From Bacteroidota bacterium (lineage in GTDB: Bacteria; Bacteroidota; Rhodothermia; Rhodothermales; JAHQVL01), in NCBI GenBank assembly GCA_039111535.1, contig JBCCIM010000004.1:1722-65721 (forward strand): 64,000 bases of DNA, in the 5' to 3' direction. The notes under the pieces were generated by a model. It saw only the letters and a list, made by a program, of their open reading frames with translations. It was not told the DNA's origin and ran no database searches. The position numbers and the translations under genes were made by a program. Positions 56,418 through 64,000 of the stretch are shown in pieces (the first letter of the stretch is position 1; every line of letters starts with the position of its first letter).

Positions 56418-57305
56418 ATGAGTCGGATTAAACCTGAAGATTTGCCAACTCCAAAGAAAGTCTCCAGGAAGCGAGCCCAGCAGTTGCTTGCACAATTCTC
56501 AGTTAGCGGCACCAGCAAGTACGACGTCTATGTCGAAGCAGCGCAGAACCTGATTCCAGGTGAAGCACTGGACACGATGGTGTTGCCAGAAAATGTCATC
56601 ACAAGCATCCAGAAAAAATTCCGCGAGCAGGGTCTGAACCGTAAAAGCGGATTTTACGTAATCAGCAAATCTACGGGAAGCGAAAAGAAAGGCTTCAAAT
56701 CCCTGCTGATCGGTCGTTATGCTTCCGTACCGTCTACCCGTGCAGCTGCCAAGCCGGCTCCGCGCAAGACGACAACGCGTTCTACCGCGAAAGCCAAACC
56801 AGCTTCACGGACACGGACCACGACAAAAGCAACGTCAACACGGCGCACTTCCAAAGCGTCTGCCGCTTCTAGCGCGAAGAAAGCAACAAAAGCTTCTACC
56901 GCTAAAGTGAGCCGCAAAGCCAAGCCTGTGGTAAAAAAAGCAGCACCTAAAACTGCTGCCCGCAAGACCACAGCTAAAAAAGCCGTGGCTAAAAAGCCAG
57001 TAGCTAAAAAGCCAGTAGCCAAAAAAGCTTCTGCCAAAAAGGTTGTTGCCAAAAAGCCAGCTGCTCGGAAAACTGCCGCCAAGAAAACAGTTGCTAAAAA
57101 GACTGTTGCCAAGAAAGCAGTAACCAAAAAGACTGTTGCCAAAAAGACGGTCGCTAAAAAAGCAGTAGCCAAGAAAGCACCCGTTGCTAAAAAGACCACT
57201 GCTCGGAAGACAACAGCTGCTCGCAAAAGCACAGCAGCTAAGAAAGCAGCTGCCAAGCCGGCAACTGCTGCAAAAAGAACAAACGGCGTGGCTGTGGTTG
57301 CATAA
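56418..57305 (+). CDS. histone-H1-like / AlgP-like Lys-Ala repeat protein
   Basis: A ~105-aa N-terminal globular part is followed by a ~190-aa tail of AKK/KKPVAKK/KKTVAKK repeats (pI clearly basic). Confidence 0.8.
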   Translation: MSRIKPEDLPTPKKVSRKRAQQLLAQFSVSGTSKYDVYVEAAQNLIPGEALDTMVLPENVITSIQKKFREQGLNRKSGFYVISKSTGSEKKGFKSLLIGRYASVPSTRAAAKPAPRKTTTRSTAKAKPASRTRTTTKATSTRRTSKASAASSAKKATKASTAKVSRKAKPVVKKAAPKTAARKTTAKKAVAKKPVAKKPVAKKASAKKVVAKKPAARKTAAKKTVAKKTVAKKAVTKKTVAKKTVAKKAVAKKAPVAKKTTARKTTAARKSTAAKKAAAKPATAAKRTNGVAVVA

Positions 57306-57327
57306 ATCACAGCCCGTTTTTTTGTCC

Positions 57328-57389
57328 AGCCCCGACACACGTTCGGCAAACCCTTTTGGGGATGCCGATCAGGTGCCGGGGCTTTTTTT
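57328..57389 (+). terminator. candidate terminator after the H1-like gene
   Basis: The outer stem AGCCCCG (57328-34) / CGGGGCT (57377-83) encloses the hairpin GGCAaaCCCttttGGGgaTGCC. A T7 run follows. Confidence 0.45.
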
Positions 57390-57516
57390 GTGCTACTTGA
57401 ACTGGGAAAGCCGCTGTCCTCCCGGGTGTCGCTAAGGATCTCAGGAGGAAATGATGCCCCTTTGGAAATACCCGGGACAAAAGCAGGAACACAGAATTAC
57501 GAACAGACTACCTTTA

Positions 57517-57558
57517 CTCGACACTCGACACTCGACACTCGACACTCGACACTCGACA
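57517..57558 (+). repeat. perfect tandem heptamer array (CTCGACA)6
   Basis: Read directly. It ends 77 nt upstream of the SOD start codon. Confidence 0.95.
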
Positions 57559-57634
57559 CGCGAACCCAACGCAGTTTTGGACGTACGAAGGCCGTCTTAC
57601 ACCTGTAATCACCCAATAAACCAAGAAGAGACTT

Positions 57635-58246
57635 ATGGCATTCTCGCTTCCAGATCTGCCCTACGCACACGATGCACTGGAGCCACATGTAGACGCCCGG
57701 ACCATGCAGATTCACCATGGGAAACACCACCAGGGCTATACCAACAAATTGAACGCTGCACTGGAAGGGCATGCAGACCTTGAAGCCAAATCAATCGAAG
57801 CATTGCTTCGCGGTATTGACGACTTGCCTGATGCTGTAAAAGGCGCGGTACGCAACAACGGTGGCGGATTTGCCAACCACAGCTTGTTCTGGTCAGTTAT
57901 GTCGCCGAACGGCGGTGGTGCACCTGCAGGCGACCTTGGCGCAGCAATCGACAGTACTTTTGGTTCGTATGATGATTTCAAAGCCAAATTTGCTGCAGCT
58001 GCCGGCACACGCTTTGGCAGTGGCTGGGCCTGGTTGGTAGTTGATGGCCAGGGCACACTCAAAGTTTACAGCACTGCAAACCAGGACAGCCCCTTCATGA
58101 AAGGCGATACGCCGATTATGGGGCTCGATGTATGGGAGCATGCCTATTACCTCAACTACCAAAACCGTCGCCCCGACTACGTGGCTGCCTTTTGGAATGT
58201 TGTCAACTGGGAGCAGGTAGCTGCTAACTACGCAGCAGCCAAGTAA
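57635..58246 (+). CDS. Fe/Mn-family superoxide dismutase
   Basis: [35 protein letters not shown]. Confidence 0.96.
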   Translation: MAFSLPDLPYAHDALEPHVDARTMQIHHGKHHQGYTNKLNAALEGHADLEAKSIEALLRGIDDLPDAVKGAVRNNGGGFANHSLFWSVMSPNGGGAPAGDLGAAIDSTFGSYDDFKAKFAAAAGTRFGSGWAWLVVDGQGTLKVYSTANQDSPFMKGDTPIMGLDVWEHAYYLNYQNRRPDYVAAFWNVVNWEQVAANYAAAK

Positions 58247-58291
58247 GCTGCTTTCATGGACATGACGCAACGCATGTCGGAGTTTTGACGG

Positions 58292-58330
58292 AGTGGGCAG
58301 TAGATCGCTACTGCCCACTTCTCGTTTTTA
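58292..58330 (+). terminator. rho-independent terminator after the SOD gene
   Basis: AGTGGGCAGTAG atcg CTACTGCCCACT (12-bp perfect stem) followed by tctcgttttta. Confidence 0.85.
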
Positions 58331-58331
58331 T

Positions 58332-58958
58332 ATGGTACTGCCTGATCACATAGCTTATACCCATGCCCGGATGCAAGACGTGGATTTGCACCTGGCTGGC
58401 AGTATATTGTCAGCGCGTGAGCAAGCATACCTCGAAACGATACCCCATGAAGGCCGGCAAACCGAATACACCGCCGGTCGGATTGTCGCCCGTCAACTGG
58501 CTGCAGATATCCTCCAGCTCTCGCCGCAGGATGTGCCAATTGATGTGGCTGATGATGGTTCACTGGTCCTGACCGGACGCAACTATGGGTTGTCGCTGGC
58601 ACATGCGCATGGTGGGGTGTGCGCTGTTGTTGCCCGTGATACCAGTGTTGGAATCGACCTTGAGCGTATTAAGCCACGGCATCCTGAACTGTACCGTTTT
58701 ATCCTCCATCCAGACGAATATCACTTGCTCGAATCGCTGGATCTGGAACGGGATCAAATACTCATCCTTTGCTGGGCGCTCAAAGAGGCGACGTTGAAAG
58801 GCATGAAGACAGGATTTCGATGCTCTCCCAAAAAACTTAAAATAGCTGTTGATCTTCCCAACCAGCAGGCGCGTATTACGGCTGACGGCGGATCCGCATG
58901 GCAACTGGGATTTGAAGAAATTGATGGGTGTTATCTGGCTATTGCTTATCCAGCTTAG
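58332..58958 (+). CDS. 4'-phosphopantetheinyl transferase (Sfp-type)
   Basis: GIDLERI and CWALKEATLKG motifs. The ATG at 58332 was chosen because the longer track ORF would include the SOD terminator. Confidence 0.8.
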   Translation: MVLPDHIAYTHARMQDVDLHLAGSILSAREQAYLETIPHEGRQTEYTAGRIVARQLAADILQLSPQDVPIDVADDGSLVLTGRNYGLSLAHAHGGVCAVVARDTSVGIDLERIKPRHPELYRFILHPDEYHLLESLDLERDQILILCWALKEATLKGMKTGFRCSPKKLKIAVDLPNQQARITADGGSAWQLGFEEIDGCYLAIAYPA

Positions 58959-59017
58959 CTATCCAGTATAGCAACTGCCCATTTTGCTTTAACTCTCGAT
59001 AAGACAAGACAATCAAC

Positions 59018-62000
59018 ATGTCTCCAGAGAAATATCAGCCTAAACACAAAATCAGATTTGTAACGGCAGCCAGCCTATTTGATGGGCACGACGCAGCGAT
59101 AAACCTGATGCGTCGCATACTTCAGGGATCCGGGGCCGAGGTGATTCACCTGGGGCACAACCGTTCGGTGCAGGAAATTGTAGATACAGCCATTCAGGAG
59201 GATGTCCAGGGGATTGCGATCTCTTCTTATCAGGGGGGGCATATCGAGTTTTTCAAATACATGCACGACCTGCTCCAGCAGCAAAATGCCGGCTACATCA
59301 AAATTTTCGGCGGCGGTGGTGGTGTTATTGTTGATGCTGAAATCGAAGAGTTGGAAGCTTACGGTATTGCCAAAATCTTTTCGCCGGAAGCCGGCATGCA
59401 GCTTGGCTTGCAGGGCATGATCAATTATATGCTCGAACAATGTGACTTTGACACCGAAGCGCACGATGCACAGTTGCTTGCAGAGCCTGTTGCGCATACC
59501 GCCACTTCATTTAGAAAACTCGCACGGCATCTTACACGGGTCGAGCAGGGGGTAGGTAAGTCCCTGTCTGTTTCTGCAGAAGGCGTATTAGAGTCGCCGC
59601 CGGCAATGACATCTGATAAAGATGTCCCCGTTGTCGGAATCACGGGTACCGGGGGCGCCGGCAAATCTACTTTGACAGATGAACTTGTGCGCCGGTTTAT
59701 GAATGACTTTCCCGACTTGCGGATGGCTGTGCTATCTGTTGACCCGAGTAAACGGGTTACGGGTGGGGCATTGCTAGGCGACCGGATACGGATGAACGCC
59801 ATCTACGGCAAAAATGCAGAACGCGTGTACATGCGATCCTTTGCCACGCGGCAGGCGCATCGTGCTACGTCTCAGGCAATGGCTACAAGCATCGAAATTT
59901 GTAAAGAGGCCGGCTTTGACGTTGTTATTCTTGAAACCGCCGGCATCGGGCAAAGCGACACAGAAATCACGGAGTTGACCGATACTTCAATTTATGTAAT
60001 GACGCACGATTTTGGCGCCCCAACCCAGCTTGAGAAAATTGGAATGTTGGATGTGGCGGATTTTGTAGTTATCAATAAATTTGAAAAACGGGGCAGCGCA
60101 GACGCATTGCGCGACATCCGCAAGCAGGTACAGCGCAACCGGGGACTGTTTCACCTCAACCCTGACCAGATGCCTGTCTACCCAACGATGGCATCCCAGT
60201 TTAACGACCCGGGGGTAACACGGCTGTACCTCGGGTTGCTCGAACGGTTTAATGCTGATTATGCTTTTGACCGCGAAACCGCTGTATACGGTGGCACACT
60301 GCCCGAAGTAAATCCAAACGAGCTTGCCATCATCCCGCCCAAACGCCAGCGTTACCTGGGCGAAGTGGTTGACACTTGTCGCGAGTACAGGAAAAAGGCA
60401 GAAGAGGCGATTGCGTACGCGCGCAAGTGGGGTGAAGCCCGCGGGGTATTGGCACAACTCGATGAGTGGAAAGCCGGCGATGAGGGAGAAACGCGCGTCC
60501 GGATCGAGCAAATGCGGGACCACTGGTGGAACCGGCTAAGTGCCCGTGCCCGGCGTATTCTGAAAGATTGGGATGTGATGGCTGAGAAGTACACATCGGA
60601 CACGTTTGTATATGAAGTGCGCGGGAAACGGTTTACGGTGCCCCTCTATACGACGTCGCTCTCAGGATTGAAAATTCCTAAAGTTGCCATTCCTCGAACA
60701 CAAGATGCAGGGGAGCGCTTGCGCTTTGCGCTGCTTGAGAATGCACCCGGATTCTTTCCGTATACATCGGGTGTTTTTCCGTTTAAACGCGCAGGCGAAG
60801 ATCCTACGCGTATGTTTGCCGGCGAAGGCTCTCCTGAACGTACCAACCGCAGGTTTCACCTGGTTTCGCTTGGCATGCCTGCGCGCCGGCTTTCTACCGC
60901 TTTTGATTCGGTTACGCTCTACGGATTCGATCCGCACACGCGTCCGGATATCTATGGGAAGGTAGGCAACTCAGGTGTATCGATTTGTACACTGGATGAC
61001 ATGAAGAAGCTGTATTCCGGCTTCGACCTGTGCGACAAGGCAACCAGTGTGTCGATGACCATCAATGGGCCGGCGCCCATGATTTTGGCGCTGTTTATGA
61101 ACACAGCCATTGACCAGCAGGTTGAGTTCTATCTAAAAGAGAAAGGGACCTGGAATACGGTTGCAGCTGCAATCGCAGAAAAGGTAAATCGAGACGACGT
61201 ACAGTACGTCCCGTATGGCCCACAAGGCCCTGAAGAGGGGCTGCCAGAAGGACACGATGGCAGTGGACTTGGGCTGCTCGGGACCACAGGTGAAGAACTG
61301 GTCCGCTGGGGATTACTCGATGCTGATGCATATGCCGAAATCAAAGCCCGGACGCTCAGCACGGTGCGCGGCACAGTACAAGCTGACATTTTGAAAGAAG
61401 ACCAGGCGCAGAACACCTGCATTTTCTCAACTGAATTTGCGCTGCGGATGATGGGAGATGTACAACAGTACTTTATCGACCACAAGGTGCGGAATTACTA
61501 CTCGGTATCGATATCAGGGTACCATATCGCGGAAGCAGGCGCCAATCCAATTTCACAGCTTGCGTTCACGCTGGCAAACGGACTCACCTTTGTTGAGTAT
61601 TACCTCTCTAGGGGTATGGACATCGATGACTTTGCCGCTAATCTATCGTTCTTCTTTTCAAACGGGCTCGATCCCGAGTACACCGTCATTGGCCGCGTTG
61701 CCCGTCGTATTTGGGCGGTGGTCATGCGGGATAAGTATGGGGCAAACGAGCGTAGTCAGAAGCTGAAATACCATATCCAGACATCCGGCCGCAGCCTGCA
61801 CGCAAAAGAAATTCAGTTTAACGATATCCGTACAACGCTTCAGGCCCTCATTGCCATTTACGACAATTGTAATTCGCTGCATACCAATGCATTCGATGAG
61901 GCTATTACAACGCCCACTGAAGAGAGCGTTCGTCGTGCCATGGCGATTCAGCTTATCATCAACCGTGAACTTGGGCTCGCAAAAAATGAAAACCCCAACC

Positions 62001-62473
62001 AGGGCGCATTCATCATCGACGAGTTAACCGACCTGGTTGAAGAGGCTGTGCTTACCGAATTTGAGCGCATCAATGACCGTGGTGGTGTATTGGGTGCAAT
62101 GGAAACCATGTACCAGCGCGGTAAAATTCAGGAAGAGTCGATGCTGTACGAGCACAAGAAGCACAGTGGTGAACTACCCGTAATTGGTGTCAACACCTTC
62201 TTGTCGAAAAATGGCAAGCACGAGAACGAAGAAGCCCCTGTAGAGCTGATGCGCTCGAGTACGGATGAGAAGCAGCATCAGATTGATAACCTGGAGCGCG
62301 TGCAACGCCGGCACACGGAAGCAGCGCAGGCTGCCCTGAACACCCTGCAGGAAAAAGCGCGGGCTGGGGGTAACCTGTTCGAAGCACTCATGGACACCGT
62401 CAAAGTATGCTCACTTGGTCAGATTACGGATGCACTCTTTGAAGTAGGCGGACAGTACCGGCGCAATATGTAG
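59018..62473 (+). CDS. icmF: fused isobutyryl-CoA mutase IcmF (B12-binding domain + MeaB-like GTPase + mutase domain)
   Basis: The N-terminal B12 motif is [12 protein letters not shown]. The G-domain has the P-loop [17 protein letters not shown] and NKFE. The C-terminal ~600 aa are a methylmalonyl/isobutyryl-CoA-mutase-like barrel. Total length is 1151 aa. Confidence 0.9.
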   Translation: MSPEKYQPKHKIRFVTAASLFDGHDAAINLMRRILQGSGAEVIHLGHNRSVQEIVDTAIQEDVQGIAISSYQGGHIEFFKYMHDLLQQQNAGYIKIFGGGGGVIVDAEIEELEAYGIAKIFSPEAGMQLGLQGMINYMLEQCDFDTEAHDAQLLAEPVAHTATSFRKLARHLTRVEQGVGKSLSVSAEGVLESPPAMTSDKDVPVVGITGTGGAGKSTLTDELVRRFMNDFPDLRMAVLSVDPSKRVTGGALLGDRIRMNAIYGKNAERVYMRSFATRQAHRATSQAMATSIEICKEAGFDVVILETAGIGQSDTEITELTDTSIYVMTHDFGAPTQLEKIGMLDVADFVVINKFEKRGSADALRDIRKQVQRNRGLFHLNPDQMPVYPTMASQFNDPGVTRLYLGLLERFNADYAFDRETAVYGGTLPEVNPNELAIIPPKRQRYLGEVVDTCREYRKKAEEAIAYARKWGEARGVLAQLDEWKAGDEGETRVRIEQMRDHWWNRLSARARRILKDWDVMAEKYTSDTFVYEVRGKRFTVPLYTTSLSGLKIPKVAIPRTQDAGERLRFALLENAPGFFPYTSGVFPFKRAGEDPTRMFAGEGSPERTNRRFHLVSLGMPARRLSTAFDSVTLYGFDPHTRPDIYGKVGNSGVSICTLDDMKKLYSGFDLCDKATSVSMTINGPAPMILALFMNTAIDQQVEFYLKEKGTWNTVAAAIAEKVNRDDVQYVPYGPQGPEEGLPEGHDGSGLGLLGTTGEELVRWGLLDADAYAEIKARTLSTVRGTVQADILKEDQAQNTCIFSTEFALRMMGDVQQYFIDHKVRNYYSVSISGYHIAEAGANPISQLAFTLANGLTFVEYYLSRGMDIDDFAANLSFFFSNGLDPEYTVIGRVARRIWAVVMRDKYGANERSQKLKYHIQTSGRSLHAKEIQFNDIRTTLQALIAIYDNCNSLHTNAFDEAITTPTEESVRRAMAIQLIINRELGLAKNENPNQGAFIIDELTDLVEEAVLTEFERINDRGGVLGAMETMYQRGKIQEESMLYEHKKHSGELPVIGVNTFLSKNGKHENEEAPVELMRSSTDEKQHQIDNLERVQRRHTEAAQAALNTLQEKARAGGNLFEALMDTVKVCSLGQITDALFEVGGQYRRNM

Positions 62474-62498
62474 CGTTGAGTGCTCAGTCTTAAATTCC

Positions 62499-64000
62499 TC
62501 AGTCTTTGAGCGGGTTGCGTGGGTCGTTTGGCGACCAGTGTGCTGTCCATGATCCCAGGTGAATGGCGCCGGCGCCACTTGCGCCATCTCCCATGAGCAT
62601 ACCAATTGCACCCACATCAGATGTTAGCGTAGTGTTTGCACCCAGGTCGATGTCTAAGCCATAATCGGCAGACTTAAGGTCAGACACGAGATCTTCCATT
62701 TTATCGTTATACGCTTCAATCTCGTCTGTTCGCCGGTGCCAGTACATGGAGGCTTCGTAGACTTTGTATTCAGATGCACCAGATACTTTGTACAGGGCCA
62801 GGGTAAGTGATAACATGCGGTCGCGTGCGTAGCCCACACATACAGGACCACTGGTTGTGGTACAACCTGGATATTTACTGCCTGTATCCCACATCTTTCT
62901 TAGTGAGCTGAGGCGCAGGATATCGAGGTGCATGTATTTCAACTCATTGACTTTGAACGTTCTGGAGCGGTATGAATTGGTGGGGGAGGCGACAGAAGAT
63001 TCAAAGCCGGCTGCTACCGGATTGGACACGCGGGCTTCTCCATTCAGTTCAATAGTCAGACTGCCTCGGCCGTGTGCTGCCGTGTTGTAGATCTCAAAAA
63101 AGACTTCGTCTGTTCCATTGAATTTTTTGAGCGTTTCATTCAAGTGAATCTCTCGCTCATGAATGCGCTCGCTGCTGTTGGTGGAAAAGTAAGTAATAGA
63201 ATTACCGTATTTGGACGTGAAGTCATGCTTGTGATACATACACCAGCTCCAGTACCACAATTTACGGTCGGGACCCTGTGCCTGTGACCACGTACCGTTC
63301 ATATCGCGAAAAGTGGTGATGTCCATATGACCGGAGTTTGGCATCGCTTCGTGGAGGGCAATGAGGCCGCCGTTGATGTTCACAGTGCCGACAAAGTCGA
63401 TACGTGGGTTCTGGTTTTCTGCCGGCGGTTTCACAATCACCATCCCATCCCAGTTGAATGTAGCCCCATCTGGCACAATCAGGTTACCTTCGATAACAAG
63501 GATACCTGATCCGCTAAAGTCTCCGTTGATTGTCAGGTCATCTTTTACCCGTAATACCCCTTCGCCATTGGCAGCATCAAATTGATCTGGTAAGTTGGCG
63601 CCGTCCTGGATTGTTGTTTCAATGCCCGGGTTGGCATTTATATAGCTACCAAGGGCTGACTCCACCTGGTCGGGAAAAAACATCCCGGTTTCCTGCTCAA
63701 GTTGCAGGCGATCAGCGGTGTCGATGATATCAATGCCGATATTCGAGTTGCCGCTTCCGCTCAGCGCGTCTTCGAGTACGGAGTTGATGTTTTGTACGCC
63801 AAGACCCATTTCATTCAGATCATTGGCAAGTGCAAGGTCCTGGATGAGCACATTGTCGAGGTCAGCAAGCGCCTGGTCGTCTAGGGTAATTGTTGGAATT
63901 TCGAGCGTTGCCCCGTTGTTGATATCGAGGTCAACTTTGGCGGCTTTGATTTGAAAGGCGTTCATTGCGCCGCCCGGGTTCCAGCGGTACTGACTCCGAA
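62499..64000 (-). CDS. large hypothetical protein, probably secreted; N-terminus likely beyond the window
   Basis: The frame stays open from the annotated Met (63965) to base 64000. It is beta-rich with Cys pairs. The segment GILVIEGNLIVPDGATFNWDGMVIV is reminiscent of PilX/minor-pilin-like tip proteins. I cannot assign a family. Confidence 0.55.
   Translation of the reverse strand, partial: RSQYRWNPGGAMNAFQIKAAKVDLDINNGATLEIPTITLDDQALADLDNVLIQDLALANDLNEMGLGVQNINSVLEDALSGSGNSNIGIDIIDTADRLQLEQETGMFFPDQVESALGSYINANPGIETTIQDGANLPDQFDAANGEGVLRVKDDLTINGDFSGSGILVIEGNLIVPDGATFNWDGMVIVKPPAENQNPRIDFVGTVNINGGLIALHEAMPNSGHMDITTFRDMNGTWSQAQGPDRKLWYWSWCMYHKHDFTSKYGNSITYFSTNSSERIHEREIHLNETLKKFNGTDEVFFEIYNTAAHGRGSLTIELNGEARVSNPVAAGFESSVASPTNSYRSRTFKVNELKYMHLDILRLSSLRKMWDTGSKYPGCTTTSGPVCVGYARDRMLSLTLALYKVSGASEYKVYEASMYWHRRTDEIEAYNDKMEDLVSDLKSADYGLDIDLGANTTLTSDVGAIGMLMGDGASGAGAIHLGSWTAHWSPNDPRNPLKD

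Noticed and set aside
56717-57349. 210-aa and 167-aa minus-strand ORFs antisense to the H1-like gene
   Set aside because: They are mirror-image low-complexity translations (AAVFLAT...) of the Lys/Ala repeat DNA. The sense ORF has a proper non-repetitive N-terminal domain.
57451-57783. 110-aa ORF with DTRHSTLDTRHST preceded by AGGAGGAAATG
   Set aside because: It is a translation of the (CTCGACA)6 array that reads into the SOD gene out of frame. The SD-like spacing to the ATG is too short.
1-64000. Genomic island, prophage or defence island
   Set aside because: I saw no integrase, transposase, tRNA attachment site or phage genes. Housekeeping genes (mdh, folD, nqr, sod) are interspersed throughout.

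Overview
About 64 kb of chromosomal DNA with mid-range GC by eye (not computed) and dense coding. I call about 50 CDS. I recognised no rRNA, tRNA, CRISPR array, transposase or integrase. The gene content (Na+-NQR, TonB-dependent receptor with a carboxypeptidase-regulatory-like N-terminus, DUF5916/CBM9-like outer-membrane protein, many duplicated-FtsX permeases, MoxR/DUF58/DUF4129/DUF4350 cluster) suggests a marine Bacteroidota/Rhodothermota (Balneolales-like) bacterium. That taxon call is inference only.

Layout:
- 1-20.9 kb: MacB-type efflux region. It holds one adaptor (cut by the window edge), 2 ATPases, 5 paralogous ~790-aa permeases and a 90-aa acidic ORF. An ECF sigma factor is paired with a Ser/Thr kinase-TPR sensor that is split by a frameshift. 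A DUF5916 outer-membrane protein is also present.
- 21.2-24.6 kb: TonB-dependent receptor.
- 24.9-26.6 kb: small redox and DinB genes.
- 26.6-34.0 kb: nqrM, apbE and nqrFEDCBA.
- 34.7-40.9 kb: mdh, a DEDD-exonuclease/GIY-YIG fusion, an aquaporin and an S8 protease.
- 40.9-47.9 kb: RDD / SpoIIM-like / membrane protein / DUF4129 / DUF4350 / MoxR / DUF58 cluster.
- 48-52 kb: folD, a long structured leader plus an NhaD-like transporter, and a GNAT.
- 52.2-57.3 kb: MBOAT-SGNH fusion, a GT-B glycosyltransferase and a histone-H1-like Lys/Ala-repeat protein.
- 57.6-62.5 kb: SOD, a PPTase and IcmF.
- 62.5-64 kb: an unassigned large protein running off the window.

Most unusual observations:
- The sigma/kinase module sits inside the expanded permease set.
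- A family of heptamer-phased repeats (GGAGTGA-like and YTCGACA-like) sits directly after stop codons or in intergenic spacers at four or more loci.
- An 82-nt perfect three-way-junction fold lies in the 390-bp leader of the cation transporter.
- A thioredoxin-reductase-like protein consists of the FAD domain only.
- An MBOAT is fused to an SGNH domain next to an AlgP-like H1 protein.

All family assignments come from motif recognition by eye. No database search was run.
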